Source of the DNA: Wigglesworthia glossinidia endosymbiont of Glossina morsitans morsitans (Yale colony)
Lineage (GTDB): Bacteria > Pseudomonadota > Gammaproteobacteria > Enterobacterales > Enterobacteriaceae
Length of the DNA: 32,000 nt
Assembly (NCBI RefSeq): GCF_000247565.1
Contig: NC_016893.1
Coordinates: 30,001 to 62,000, forward strand
Direction: 5' to 3'
Positions 18,520 through 28,850 of the stretch are shown one piece after another (position 1 is the stretch's first letter; each line of letters opens with the position of its first letter). The notes under the pieces were generated by a model. That model saw only the letters and a program-made list of their open reading frames with translations, was not told the DNA's origin and did no database searches. A program made the position numbers and the translations under genes.

Positions 18520-19746
18520 ATGAGTTTTTCTCAAGGTATCAACGGAATTAATTCAGCATCACAAGCTCTAGATGTTATTGGAAATAATATTGCAAATTCT
18601 CAAACAGTAGGTTTCAAGTCTTCCGCTATATCATTTTCTGATATATTTTCAGGCGCAATTGGATTAGGTTCACAAACATCTGGTATAACACAAAATTTCG
18701 AGAATGGATCAATGTTATCCAGTGCAAAAAATTTAGATCTTGCGATTTCTGGAAATGGATTTTTTCGATTATCAGATAATGGAGGTCAAGTTTATTTTAC
18801 TAGAAATGGAGAATTTAAATTAAATTCTAACAAACAAATTGTTAATTTTCAAAATAAGTTTCTTACAGGATATCAAGCAACAGGTAATCCTCCCTCCATT
18901 AGCACGGGATCTCCTATAGAAAATATTTTTTTACCAGACGATTCAATGTATCCTATGGCTTCTACAAAAGGCAGCATTCAAGGAAACTTAAAATCAAATG
19001 ATGTACCTCCAAAAATAGAACAATTTCAATTTAATAATCCAGACAGCTACAACTTCACTAGTCAGTTAGAAGCTTATGATAGTCTAGGAAAAAAACATAT
19101 TATTAAGATTTTTTATGTAAAAAATAAAGAAGACGGTAATTGGACAGTGAACGGATACGACGAAACAGCGCCAATTATGAACGGACAAAACATTGACATT
19201 AAATCTGTTTCAATTTCATTTGATGAAAATGGAAATTTAAAAAAATCTGGAGAAATTTATCCACAACTTACCATACCAAGTTCGAGTATTAATGGATCTA
19301 AAGCATTCGAAGTAACAATATCCATGAATCAGTTAATTCAGCAAGAATCCGAAAATAAAATTTATAATCAAAAAATTGACGGATACGGAGTAGGAAAATT
19401 TATTGACTATACAATAAGTAATTCCGGTAAAATAATTGCTAATTATAGTAATGGACAAACTCAACTAATTGCACAAATAGTAATGGCAAACTTTACTAAT
19501 CCATCTGGATTAAAATCAACTGGGGAAAATTGCTGGATAGAGACCGAAGAATCAGGAGCTGCAACACTTGGAACTTCTGAATCTGGAGGCTTTGGTCAAA
19601 TTTTAGGAAAAAAATTAGAATCTTCAAATGTAGATATAAGTAATGAATTAGTAAAGATGATGATACAGCAAAGCAATTATCAATCTAATGCTCAAACAAT
19701 AAAAACACAAGATCAACTATTACAAGTTTTAGTAAATATGAGGTAA
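18520..19746 (+). CDS. flgE: Flagellar hook protein FlgE
   Basis: The 408-aa ORF has MSFSQGINGINSASQALDVIGNNIANSQTVGFKSS at the N-terminus and LESSNVDISNELVKMMIQQSNYQSNAQTIKTQDQLLQVLVNMR at the C-terminus. These are the conserved hook/rod terminal domains. Confidence 0.95.
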   Translation: MSFSQGINGINSASQALDVIGNNIANSQTVGFKSSAISFSDIFSGAIGLGSQTSGITQNFENGSMLSSAKNLDLAISGNGFFRLSDNGGQVYFTRNGEFKLNSNKQIVNFQNKFLTGYQATGNPPSISTGSPIENIFLPDDSMYPMASTKGSIQGNLKSNDVPPKIEQFQFNNPDSYNFTSQLEAYDSLGKKHIIKIFYVKNKEDGNWTVNGYDETAPIMNGQNIDIKSVSISFDENGNLKKSGEIYPQLTIPSSSINGSKAFEVTISMNQLIQQESENKIYNQKIDGYGVGKFIDYTISNSGKIIANYSNGQTQLIAQIVMANFTNPSGLKSTGENCWIETEESGAATLGTSESGGFGQILGKKLESSNVDISNELVKMMIQQSNYQSNAQTIKTQDQLLQVLVNMR

Positions 19747-19751
19747 TTACT

Positions 19752-20498
19752 ATGGATCGTGCAATTTATACAATGATGAATGCGGCTATTTCAGAGTCTG
19801 AACGTCATAGTATTACAGCAAATAATTTATCTAATGCTTCGACATCCGGATTTCGTGCACAAATTCCAACTGCAAAATCAATTCCTATACAAGGTCCTAC
19901 GCTATCCACAAGGACCTTATCAATCGCCACTACACCAATGCACAGTAGTGCACCAGGACCTATATATTATAGCGGTAATAATTTAGACGTAGCAATTATG
20001 AATGATGGATGGTTAACAGTACAATTAAAAAATGGAACTGAAGGATATACTAAAAATGGAAACATTACAATCAACGAAGAAGGAAAATTAAAAGTCAAAA
20101 ATTATCCACTACTCAGTTCTGAAGGTAGCGAAATAGAAATACCGCCGGGTGCTTCATTAACAATTAGTAATGATGGCGTTATTTCTGTACTTGGTGCAGG
20201 AGATTCACCAAAATCAATAGTATCTATTGGAAAATTGAAATTAGTAAAAGCAAAACCAAATGAATTTTATTTAAATAATAATGGAATATTTATGACTTAT
20301 AAAAATAAAAAACTTACCGAAGATACATCAGTAAAATTAATTTCGGGTGCTTTTGAAGAGAGCAATGTTCAAACAATAGATGCTATAATAAAAATAATAA
20401 ATAATGCTAGAAATTTTGAAATTAATATGAAAATTATAAATGATATTAATGAAAATTCTCGTTTATCTAATCAAATATTATCGTTTAATCAAGCATAA
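19752..20498 (+). CDS. flgF: Flagellar proximal rod protein FlgF
   Basis: The 248-aa ORF contains MDRAIYTMMNAA...ITANNLSNASTSGFRAQ, GALEESNV-like GAFEESNVQ, and a rod-family C-terminus. It has the operon position between flgE and flgG. Confidence 0.93.
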   Translation: MDRAIYTMMNAAISESERHSITANNLSNASTSGFRAQIPTAKSIPIQGPTLSTRTLSIATTPMHSSAPGPIYYSGNNLDVAIMNDGWLTVQLKNGTEGYTKNGNITINEEGKLKVKNYPLLSSEGSEIEIPPGASLTISNDGVISVLGAGDSPKSIVSIGKLKLVKAKPNEFYLNNNGIFMTYKNKKLTEDTSVKLISGAFEESNVQTIDAIIKIINNARNFEINMKIINDINENSRLSNQILSFNQA

Positions 20499-20507
20499 GG
20501 AAATAAA

Positions 20508-21290
20508 ATGATTCGTTCTTTAACAATTGCTAAAACTGGATTAGAAGCACAGCAAACAAATATCGATATAATTTCAAATAACATTGCTAATGTTTCTACA
20601 AACGGTTTTAAAAGACATAGAGCAATATTTGAAGATTTATTATATCAAACAATCAGACAACCAGGATCAAAATCTTCCGAACAGACAGTATTACCTTCAG
20701 GTTTACAAATAGGTACAGGAGTACGTCCGTCCGCTGCTCTTCGAATACATTTGCAAGGTGGATTAACTAATACAGGAAATGAAACAGATCTCGCTATAGA
20801 AGGTCAAGGATTTTTCCAAATATTAATGTCAGATGGAACCAATATGTACACCCGAGATGGATCATTTCAATTAGATCAATACGGCCAGTTAGTAACTTCT
20901 AACGGATATCCTATTCAACCATCTATTACAATACCTAGTGGAGCATCTAATGTATCTATTAGTAGAGACGGCATAGTAAGTGTTACCGTACCAGGTCAAA
21001 CACAACCTCAAGAAGTAGGACAAATTACACTTTCTACTTTTGCTAATATATCTGGATTAGAAAACGTAGGAGAAAATCTTTATCGAGAAACTCAATCTTC
21101 TGGATCACCTATAGATAATGCTCCTGGAATTAATGGAGCAGGATCTTTAAAACAAAAATTTGTAGAAAATTCTAATGTTAACATTGCAGAAGAATTAATT
21201 ACTATGATTCAAGCACAGCGTGCTTACGAATTAAATAGTAAAGTAATCTCCACATCTGACCAAATGTTGCAACGTTTATCTCAAATATAA
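20508..21290 (+). CDS. flgG: Flagellar distal rod protein FlgG
   Basis: The 260-aa [39 protein letters not shown]...[39 protein letters not shown] is nearly identical in pattern to E. coli FlgG. Confidence 0.96.
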   Translation: MIRSLTIAKTGLEAQQTNIDIISNNIANVSTNGFKRHRAIFEDLLYQTIRQPGSKSSEQTVLPSGLQIGTGVRPSAALRIHLQGGLTNTGNETDLAIEGQGFFQILMSDGTNMYTRDGSFQLDQYGQLVTSNGYPIQPSITIPSGASNVSISRDGIVSVTVPGQTQPQEVGQITLSTFANISGLENVGENLYRETQSSGSPIDNAPGINGAGSLKQKFVENSNVNIAEELITMIQAQRAYELNSKVISTSDQMLQRLSQI

Positions 21291-21353
21291 TTTGTATAAA
21301 AATTTTTTAATTTTTTTTTAGTTTTTAATTTTTTTTAAGTTTAAAGGCATATA

Positions 21354-22040
21354 ATGCACGAATCACGCTATTTTACAATAGCTCTCCTAATCCTCCTAGG
21401 AGGATGTTCTACACCGCGCAATCAATCTTTAATAGAAGGATCTACAACTATCACTCCTAATCCACCATTACCTAATTTTGTGAATGGAACAATTTTTCAG
21501 CCAGAAAATAATATCAATTATGGATACCAGCCTCTTTTTGAAGATAGACGACCTCGTAATATTGGAGATATTCTGACTGTATTATTGCAGGAAAATGTCA
21601 GTGCAAGCAAAAGTACTTCAACAAATGCTAGCCGAAAAGGAAACACAAATTTAGATATTAGCGCTTTACCAAATATACTTAATGGCATTATGGGAAATAA
21701 TCGATTGACTACAGACGTTAACGGAAATAATGTTTTTAATGGAAAAGGTGGAGCTGAAGCTAACAATACATTTCATGGCACTATTACAGTAACAGTCATG
21801 GAAATTTTAACAAATGGAAATCTACGTGTTGCTGGAGAAAAAAAAATTGCAATTAATCAAGGAACAGAATCTATCCGATTTTCTGGAATTGTTAATCCAA
21901 AAACAATTGATCATAATAATCAAGTTATATCTACTTTAATTTCTGATTCTAAAATAGAATACATCGGCGATGGATACATTCATGAAGCGCAAAAAATGGG
22001 ATGGTTACAAAGATTGTTTTTAAAATATTTGCCATTTTAA
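21354..22040 (+). CDS. flgH: Flagellar L-ring lipoprotein FlgH
   Basis: The 228-aa ORF has the lipobox LLGGCS. It contains LFEDRRPRNIGDILTVLLQENVSASKS and ITVTVMEILTNGNLRVAGEKKIAINQGTE.IRFSGIVNP, as in FlgH. Confidence 0.95.
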   Translation: MHESRYFTIALLILLGGCSTPRNQSLIEGSTTITPNPPLPNFVNGTIFQPENNINYGYQPLFEDRRPRNIGDILTVLLQENVSASKSTSTNASRKGNTNLDISALPNILNGIMGNNRLTTDVNGNNVFNGKGGAEANNTFHGTITVTVMEILTNGNLRVAGEKKIAINQGTESIRFSGIVNPKTIDHNNQVISTLISDSKIEYIGDGYIHEAQKMGWLQRLFLKYLPF

Positions 22041-22049
22041 GGAAAAAAT

Positions 22050-23162
22050 ATGAAACCTTTTTTAATTAAGATAACAATCTTAATTGCATATATAACTTAT
22101 ATTAATAGTAGTTATGCAGAACGTATTAGGGATCTTACTACTGTTGTAGGGATTAGAGATAATGTATTAATTGGATATGGACTTGTTGTTGGTTTAGATG
22201 GTACTGGTGATCAAACTACACAAACTCCATTTACAGTTCAAAGTCTAAGAAATATGTTATCTCAATTAGGAGTCACTGTTCCATCGGGAATTAACATGCA
22301 ACTTAAGAATATAGCTGCAGTTATGGTAACTGCAAAACTACCTCCTTTTGCAAATATTGGTCAAAAAATAGACGTCATAGTATCATCATTAGGAAGTGCG
22401 AAAAGCTTAAGAGGCGGAACACTATTGATGACTCCTTTAAAAGGAGTAGACAATCAAGTATATGCTTTTGCACAGGGAAATATTTTAATATCTGGTTTTG
22501 GAGCGCAATCAGGAGGAAATAATACACAAGTGAATCAATTAAATGGTGGTAGAATTCACGAAGGAGCAATTATAGAAAAATCAATAAAAATAGATTTTAA
22601 CAATAAAGAAACAATTACATTACAATTAAATAATAATGATTTTTCTTTAGCACAACAAATTAGTGATGCAATTAACACTTATTTTGGGAAAAAAAGTGCG
22701 TATCCGATAGATAGTAAAACTATTCAAGTTTTACTATCTCGCAACAATAAGATGGAAAAAATAGAATTTCTTGCACGTTTACAAAATATTCCAATTATGC
22801 TTGGACCTGCAGATGCTATTATAGTGATTAATTCGCGAACTGGATCTGTAGTTATTAATCGTGAAGTCGTATTAAATAACTGCGCTGTAGCTCATGGCGA
22901 ATTAACAGTAGAAATTAAAAAAACTAATAAAGTCAATCAACCTAATACAATTTTAGGTGGCGGCAATACTGTTATAACTCCAGAAACAGAAATTTTAATT
23001 AAAAATCAAGGCGATTCTTTACAAGAAATTTCTTCCAGCACAAGTTTAAATGCTGTAATTGCATCTCTTAATAGCATTGGTGCTAAGCCCAATGATTTAA
23101 TGGCTATTTTAGAATCTATGAAATCTGCTGGATGTTTAAATGCTAAAATTGAGGTAAATTAA
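22050..23162 (+). CDS. flgI: Flagellar P-ring protein FlgI
   Basis: The 370-aa ORF has a signal peptide ending [10 protein letters not shown]. It contains [34 protein letters not shown] and [20 protein letters not shown], and ends [13 protein letters not shown]. Confidence 0.96.
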   Translation: MKPFLIKITILIAYITYINSSYAERIRDLTTVVGIRDNVLIGYGLVVGLDGTGDQTTQTPFTVQSLRNMLSQLGVTVPSGINMQLKNIAAVMVTAKLPPFANIGQKIDVIVSSLGSAKSLRGGTLLMTPLKGVDNQVYAFAQGNILISGFGAQSGGNNTQVNQLNGGRIHEGAIIEKSIKIDFNNKETITLQLNNNDFSLAQQISDAINTYFGKKSAYPIDSKTIQVLLSRNNKMEKIEFLARLQNIPIMLGPADAIIVINSRTGSVVINREVVLNNCAVAHGELTVEIKKTNKVNQPNTILGGGNTVITPETEILIKNQGDSLQEISSSTSLNAVIASLNSIGAKPNDLMAILESMKSAGCLNAKIEVN

Positions 23163-23164
23163 AA

Positions 23165-23461
23165 ATGAATCATCTTCTATCTGTAGAAAACACTAACTGT
23201 AATTTTTTGAATCAATCCGATTTAATTTATCAAAAAAATTTAAATAAACTAGAAAGCGCTTCTTCTGAACAAATGGAAAGCTTATTTGTAAATTTGATGA
23301 TAAAAAGTATGCGTTCTACACATTTAGAAAAAAATCTATTAAATAACGAACAAATTATGTTATATCAATCGATATACGATCAGATGCTATCTGATAAAAT
23401 TAGTCAAAAAAGCATAGGATTAAAAAATTTTTTTAACAAATACTTTTTCCAAAAATTATAA
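23165..23461 (+). CDS. flgJ: Flagellar rod-cap protein FlgJ, N-terminal (rod-capping) domain only; no muramidase domain
   Basis: The 98-aa ORF contains MESLFVNLMIKSMRSTH...LYQSIYDQMLSDKISQK, which aligns to E. coli FlgJ residues about 40-100 (VEGMFVQMMLKSMRDAL...LYTSMYDQQIAQQMT). The ORF then stops. Only 122 nt of A/T-rich non-coding DNA remain before flgK. Confidence 0.88.
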   Translation: MNHLLSVENTNCNFLNQSDLIYQKNLNKLESASSEQMESLFVNLMIKSMRSTHLEKNLLNNEQIMLYQSIYDQMLSDKISQKSIGLKNFFNKYFFQKL

Positions 23462-23509
23462 ATATTTTTTGTATAAGAATTTTTTAAAATTATAAATATT
23501 AATAAATAT

Positions 23510-23536
23510 CAAATTTTTTATTAATTAATCCGATAA
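23510..23536 (+). promoter_or_regulatory. Candidate sigma28 class 3 promoter for flgKL
   Basis: CAAATTTT (23510-23517), N11, then TCCGATAA (23529-23536) matches at 6/8 and 7/8. It lies in the flgJ-flgK spacer, 48 nt upstream of the flgK ATG, where Salmonella/E. coli have the flgK class 3 promoter. Confidence 0.5.
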
Positions 23537-23583
23537 TAATCATTACTATTTTATTTTAAATAAATCAAACAAAGGCTGTATAC

Positions 23584-25233
23584 ATGTTTAATCTATACCA
23601 CATCGCTGGAAATTCATTGAAATACGGCGAACTAGCATTAAGTGTTGCTGAAAACAACATATCTAATGCTAATAATACTCAATATCATCGAGAACAGTTG
23701 ATAAATACAGCTATGGAAGGCAAAAACGTTGCAAAAGGATTCATTGGAAACGGAATAGAAATTACAAATATTTCTAGAATATACGACGAAGCAAGTAACG
23801 AAAAAATTCGACATACTAACAGTGCTTTATATGCACTTTATGCTAAAAGCAATAAACTAAAAAATTTGGACAATTTTTTTAGCAATAATATCGAAAATTT
23901 TTCAAAACAGTTAGATAACGTTTTTAGTTCATTAGAATCTATTGCTCAACAACCCGACAATAATATTTATCGTACTAATATAGTGTTAGAATTTGAATCT
24001 CTTGTAAACCAATTTAATAATATAGGAAATCAATTAAATAAAATTCAATCTAATACATCCGAAGAGATTTATTCTGTTATTAATACAATTAACAATTTAT
24101 CTAGTGAATTAAAAAATATTAACTACTTAATTGCTAATTCAAATCATAATCAAGTATCTTTAAATTTATTAGATAAAAGAGATTCTCTTCTCGAAGAACT
24201 TAGTAAAAAGATAGGAATTATAGTTCATTTAAATGAAAAAGGATCAACTCATATTACTTTAGAAAATGGATTTACTTTATTAGATAATACTCAATCTTAC
24301 CCTTTAATATATGAAAAAGATAACAATCAAAATATAATTATTTCATATTTAAATGATGCAAAAACTCAGAAAGAAAAAGTACAAATTAATTTTAATACTA
24401 TTAGTTCAGGAGAAATTGGAGGTTTAATATCATTTTACAATTATAATATACCTATATTAAAAGAAAAAATTAATCAAAATATCTTTTATTTGTCTCAGGA
24501 ATTCAATAAAATAAATCGAGAAGGATATGATTTAAATCGAAATAAAGGAAAAGATATATTTTCATATCAACAATTGAATTCAGTACAAAGCAAATTTAAT
24601 ACTGGAAATGCGAAAATTTCTAACCTAGATATAAAAGACTCTAATATTTCTGCTTTAAGATACAACTTACTATATCAATCTGATCACTGGGTTATATTTA
24701 AACTCGTTAACGGAAAAGAAACGAAGGTTAATTATGAAACAGATCAAAAAAATCTTAAAAATGAAATTCTTTTTGACAATATTTCTGTACATTTAGATGG
24801 CATTCCAAACAATGGCGATCAATTTCAAATTAGTTCTCTTATGAATATTTCAGATAGTATTAAATTAAATTTAAATGATGGAAATTTATTATCTGCTTCA
24901 GATAATAATCTCAGTTACAATAATAATGTTAATGCTTTAAAACTTTTAGAAATTCAAAATATAAAATTATTTAATAATTCAACTTTTACAGAAAACTACG
25001 CTGATTTTATGTCTTATATAGGCCAAATCACTAAAAAAATACAAAATGTAAAAGATTCTCAAGAAAAAATTAACAATCAATTACATTTGGAACACGAAAA
25101 TAAGATTGGAATTAACTTGCAAGAAGAATATATTTATATAGAATTATATCGCCAATATTATTACGCTAATATTCAATTAATTAAAATCGCTTCTTCTCTA
25201 TTCGAATCTTTATTAGGAATAGTAAGTAAATAG
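23584..25233 (+). CDS. flgK: Flagellar hook-filament junction protein 1 (HAP1) FlgK
   Basis: The 549-aa ORF has the N-terminal GNSLKYGELALSVAENNISNANNTQYHRE and the C-terminal GINLQEEYIYIELYRQYYYANIQLIKIASSLFESLLGI (compare GVNLDEEYGNLQRFQQYYLANAQVLQTA). Confidence 0.93.
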   Translation: MFNLYHIAGNSLKYGELALSVAENNISNANNTQYHREQLINTAMEGKNVAKGFIGNGIEITNISRIYDEASNEKIRHTNSALYALYAKSNKLKNLDNFFSNNIENFSKQLDNVFSSLESIAQQPDNNIYRTNIVLEFESLVNQFNNIGNQLNKIQSNTSEEIYSVINTINNLSSELKNINYLIANSNHNQVSLNLLDKRDSLLEELSKKIGIIVHLNEKGSTHITLENGFTLLDNTQSYPLIYEKDNNQNIIISYLNDAKTQKEKVQINFNTISSGEIGGLISFYNYNIPILKEKINQNIFYLSQEFNKINREGYDLNRNKGKDIFSYQQLNSVQSKFNTGNAKISNLDIKDSNISALRYNLLYQSDHWVIFKLVNGKETKVNYETDQKNLKNEILFDNISVHLDGIPNNGDQFQISSLMNISDSIKLNLNDGNLLSASDNNLSYNNNVNALKLLEIQNIKLFNNSTFTENYADFMSYIGQITKKIQNVKDSQEKINNQLHLEHENKIGINLQEEYIYIELYRQYYYANIQLIKIASSLFESLLGIVSK

Positions 25234-25279
25234 TTAATTGATTTAAGTTCTTTAAAGTATTAATTTAGAGGAAAATTCA

Positions 25280-26221
25280 ATGACTTTAAGCACGTATTCT
25301 TTATATAAAAATTGCTCAAATAACATTACATATTCTACATCTCAGTTTCATAGACTGACATCTTATTTTAATTCGGGAAAACGCGTATGCAATGCTTCAG
25401 ATAATCCTAGTGCTATATCAAAAAATATAATAAATCAAAATAGATTATATAAATTAAATAGATTTAATCAAACTCGAAACTACATAAAATCTTTCTTATC
25501 TAAAGAATGTAGTATATTACAAGATATTAGTAATACTTTAAGCGTTATAGGAGTAAAAGTTGTTAGTATTCAAAAAACTTTAGGAGATCCTACAATTTTA
25601 ATTGAAGAATTAAAAAGCTTAAAAAATGAACTTATTATGCTTGCCAATAGCACAGATGAAAATCAAAATTATATTTTTTCTGGAGATCAATGTAATCAAG
25701 CACCTTTTAATAGTAATAATCAAGAAAATTATCAAGGCGGAGAAAAATGCTTACAATTAAAAATTTCTGAAAATTGGCAAATAGATATAGGACATATAGG
25801 CAGCGAAATATTCATAAAAAATGAAAAAGAAAATTTATTTCAAAAATTAGATGCTTTAATCAATGAATTATCACAATATGCATTAAAAAAAATAAAAAAT
25901 GAAAAATCTCAAGAAATTAATATAGAATTACCGTATGATTTGATAAATCAAACAAAAATATTAATTCAAAAAACTGAAAATCAGGTATTTTCTGCTCAAG
26001 TAAAATCTGGTAATTATTTAACAAAATTAGATGACTTAGAAAAGTCTGCAACATCAGATATAGAAAAAATAAATGAATATACGCAAAATATTCTAGGTCA
26101 AACACATAACGAACTAATTCGTATGGCTTCCGAATTACAATTTTCTAAAGTAATTGTAGAATCTTCTATGCAAGTTTTTCAAATTATGAAAAATATGTCT
26201 TTGTTTAATGGAGTGATATAA
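25280..26221 (+). CDS. flgL: Flagellar hook-filament junction protein 3 (HAP3) FlgL
   Basis: The 313-aa ORF contains SGKRVCNASDNPSAIS, LANSTDENQNYIFSGDQCNQAPF and YQGGEKCLQLKI, and ends MKNMSLFN. It is collinear with E. coli FlgL. Confidence 0.92.
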   Translation: MTLSTYSLYKNCSNNITYSTSQFHRLTSYFNSGKRVCNASDNPSAISKNIINQNRLYKLNRFNQTRNYIKSFLSKECSILQDISNTLSVIGVKVVSIQKTLGDPTILIEELKSLKNELIMLANSTDENQNYIFSGDQCNQAPFNSNNQENYQGGEKCLQLKISENWQIDIGHIGSEIFIKNEKENLFQKLDALINELSQYALKKIKNEKSQEINIELPYDLINQTKILIQKTENQVFSAQVKSGNYLTKLDDLEKSATSDIEKINEYTQNILGQTHNELIRMASELQFSKVIVESSMQVFQIMKNMSLFNGVI

Positions 26222-26238
26222 ATTAAAAATTTATTTAA

Positions 26239-27015
26239 TTAATAAATCAAGTTTTCAGTGATATATCGGAAAACATCTTCAATGACTTTTTTAGAAAAAT
26301 TTTCAAAATTAGACAAAATAAAATTTAAAGATAATAATCCGAGCACTAAAGTAAAAGAAAAACCAATAACAAAAATTGAAAATTGAGGGTTAAATCTATT
26401 TAAAACTCCAAGCAATATATTTAAAATTAATAAAGCAGTAATTGAAGGTATTGCAAGTAGCAAGCCATAATTAAATATTATACCGGAATAATTAATAATA
26501 GAAAAAAATATTTCGTTTCCGAAATTAAAATGCATATTGATTGGAATCAACTTAAAACTTATAAAAATAATATGAAATATTATCAAATGAGCATTAAATG
26601 ACAAAAAAATTAATGCCAACATAATATACAAGAATCTTGAAATTATTGGAGTATTTGGACCACTTATTTGATCAAAAAATACAGCAAAAGATAAACTCAT
26701 CTGTAATCCAATTAGTTCTCCAGCAAATTTAACACTACAAAAAGAAAATTGCAGAATTAATCCTATTAAAAATCCAATAATAATTTGTACAATTAAAAGA
26801 TATATTCCTTCAAAAGAAAAAAATTTAATATTAATTAATGGAAATTGATAAGCAAAAACTAAAGATAATAAAATTGAAATTCCAATTTTAATTTTTTTCT
26901 GTATGATATTTTCACTAAACAATGGAGCGCTGATAAATAACCCATTTATACGTGCTACATACCAAATAACTTGATGAATTAAATCAAAAAAGAAATTTGT
27001 TGAAATATCAATCAT
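26239..27015 (-). CDS. fliR: Flagellar type III export gate protein FliR
   Basis: The 258-aa polytopic ORF contains FAGELIGLQMSLSFAVFFD and LGVLNRFNPQFSIFVIGFSFTLVLG, matching the FliR conserved blocks. Confidence 0.93.
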   Translation of the reverse strand: MIDISTNFFFDLIHQVIWYVARINGLFISAPLFSENIIQKKIKIGISILLSLVFAYQFPLINIKFFSFEGIYLLIVQIIIGFLIGLILQFSFCSVKFAGELIGLQMSLSFAVFFDQISGPNTPIISRFLYIMLALIFLSFNAHLIIFHIIFISFKLIPINMHFNFGNEIFFSIINYSGIIFNYGLLLAIPSITALLILNILLGVLNRFNPQFSIFVIGFSFTLVLGLLSLNFILSNFENFSKKVIEDVFRYITENLIY

Positions 27016-27019
27016 ACAT

Positions 27020-27289
27020 TCATCCCGATAAATACGGCAATTGATTAAATAAGTTAATCATGTACTCTAAGAATGTGCGTAGCATCCAAGATCCAAAAAT
27101 TAGAATTATTACTAAAACTGCTAATATTTTAGGGATAAATGATAATGTCATTTCATTAATTTGCGTAGAAGCTTGAAATATACTGATAATTAATCCAGTA
27201 ATCATTGCAGCAAATAAAGGTAAAAAAGAAATTTTTAATGCAATTTTAATTGCATTTAATCCGATTAATACTACCGATTCTGATGTCAT
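27020..27289 (-). CDS. fliQ: Flagellar type III export gate protein FliQ
   Basis: The 89-aa ORF contains GLIISIFQASTQINEMTLSFIPKILAV, nearly identical to E. coli FliQ. Confidence 0.95.
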   Translation of the reverse strand: MTSESVVLIGLNAIKIALKISFLPLFAAMITGLIISIFQASTQINEMTLSFIPKILAVLVIILIFGSWMLRTFLEYMINLFNQLPYLSG

Positions 27290-27299
27290 AATATATGTT

Positions 27300-28109
27300 T
27301 CAATTTAACTGAAAGCTTTTTACTAAAGAACCTAATAATATTTGCCATCCATCTGCCATAACAAACAGCATTAATTTAAATGGAAGTGATATTGTTGTTG
27401 GTGGCAACATCATCATACCTAATGCCATTAGAATGCTTGCAACAACAATATCAATAATTAAAAAAGGAACAAACAACGTAAATCCAATTTGAAAAGCAGT
27501 TTTTAATTCGCTAGTAACAAAAGCAGGTAATAAAATTTTCATAGGAACTTGATTAGCATCTTGTATCTCAATCGTACTAATTTTAGAATAAAATGCTAAG
27601 TCTGTTTCTCTAGTCTGAGATAACATAAATTTTTTAATAGGTTTTTCTGCATAAGATATTGCATCTGGAAATGTAATCTTATTTTGTAAGAATGGCTGAT
27701 ATGCGCTACTGTAAATCTGTTCTATTATCGGAGACATAATAAAAAAAGTTAAACATAACGATAATCCTATAAGAATTTGATTCGGCGGTACAGTAGGTGT
27801 ACCAAGAGCATTTCTAAGAATGCTAAGTACAATAATAATTCGAGTAAATCCTGACATTAACAATATTAAAGCAGGAATAAAAGTTAAAAAAGTTAAAAAA
27901 ATTAGTGTTTGAACTGGTAAAGATAGTTTAAGATTTTCTAAATTTTTTACAGAATCATTTACGTTATCTAAATTTGCAGCATAAGTTGTACTTGATAAAC
28001 AAAAAAATACAAGCACTGAAATAAAAACAATTTTTTTTAGAAAAATTTTTATATAAAATATGGATTTTTCGAAAACTATAATATGCATATTTTTATTTCT
28101 TTTTTGCAT
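27300..28109 (-). CDS. fliP: Flagellar type III export gate protein FliP
   Basis: It is collinear with E. coli FliP ([72 protein letters not shown]). I place the start at the ATG at 28109 because TAAGGA lies 5 nt upstream. An alternative ATG is at 28088. The ORF-track start at 28217 adds 36 residues that lie inside fliO. Confidence 0.93.
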   Translation of the reverse strand: MQKRNKNMHIIVFEKSIFYIKIFLKKIVFISVLVFFCLSSTTYAANLDNVNDSVKNLENLKLSLPVQTLIFLTFLTFIPALILLMSGFTRIIIVLSILRNALGTPTVPPNQILIGLSLCLTFFIMSPIIEQIYSSAYQPFLQNKITFPDAISYAEKPIKKFMLSQTRETDLAFYSKISTIEIQDANQVPMKILLPAFVTSELKTAFQIGFTLFVPFLIIDIVVASILMALGMMMLPPTTISLPFKLMLFVMADGWQILLGSLVKSFQLN

Positions 28110-28434
28110 TACAATCCTTAAAAAAATTTTTAGATTTATTATTAAATTGATGATTATTTTTGTTAGAAATAGTATATAAATAATTAATACAATTTGGTGT
28201 AACCCCAAGAACAACACAATCTTTTTCTATTTGTAGAACAATAACTTTTTCTCGATTTCCTAAAGATATGCTATTTTTTATTTTAATAAGTGGTATTTTT
28301 TTATTGTATATTTTTGCCCATTGTAAATAGACTAATAATTTAAATATTGAAAATATTAGCAATATAATAAAAATTAGTACAATAGCAATTTTTAAAAATT
28401 CAGGAAAACTTGATAAAAAAATATGTTTTATCAT
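28093..28434 (-). CDS. fliO: Flagellar export apparatus protein FliO
   Basis: The 113-aa ORF has a single N-terminal TM helix followed by [32 protein letters not shown] (compare ALGPRERVVVVEV...LVLGVT..QINLLHT). It has the operon position between fliN and fliP and an ATGA overlap with fliN. Confidence 0.85.
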   Translation of the reverse strand: MIKHIFLSSFPEFLKIAIVLIFIILLIFSIFKLLVYLQWAKIYNKKIPLIKIKNSISLGNREKVIVLQIEKDCVVLGVTPNCINYLYTISNKNNHQFNNKSKNFFKDCNAKKK

Positions 28435-28850
28435 CTATTTAACCGACGTATACGTTCCTCTGGAGTGATAATATCCGAAATACGAATGCCGTATTTTTCT
28501 TGCATAACTACTACTTCTCCTCGAGCAATCAAATAATTATTGATCAAAATATCTAAAGGTTCTCCGACGACTCCATCTAAAGTAACAATAGCATCTTTTT
28601 TCAAATATAGCAGATCTCTAATAGTCATGCGTTTTCTACCGAGTTCAATAGTCATTTTTATCGGAATATCTAAAATTAAATTAAGATTATTTTCTTCTAC
28701 ATCATAATTTTCAAAAATATTTTCAGATGCTACAATTTTATTATCACTCGGATTTTCTGACGTTTCTTTTTGATTTAAAACGCTATCTGTTGATTTCTTT
28801 TCATTTATTTTTGTATCATCTGATTTTAGTTCTTTATTTATGTTATTCAT
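28431..28850 (-). CDS. fliN: Flagellar C-ring/switch protein FliN
   Basis: The 139-aa ORF contains ILDIPIKMTIELGRKRMTIRDLLYLKKDAIVTLDGVVGEPLDILINNYLIARGEVVVMQEKYGIRISDIITPEERIRRL, very close to the E. coli FliN C-terminal domain. Confidence 0.95.
   Translation of the reverse strand: MNNINKELKSDDTKINEKKSTDSVLNQKETSENPSDNKIVASENIFENYDVEENNLNLILDIPIKMTIELGRKRMTIRDLLYLKKDAIVTLDGVVGEPLDILINNYLIARGEVVVMQEKYGIRISDIITPEERIRRLNR

Noticed and set aside
28110-28217. A 36-codon N-terminal extension of the fliP ORF (track start at 28217).
   Set aside because: The extension overlaps the fliO coding region and has no counterpart in FliP orthologues. A TAAGGA Shine-Dalgarno precedes the internal ATG at 28109, and the signal peptide begins after it.
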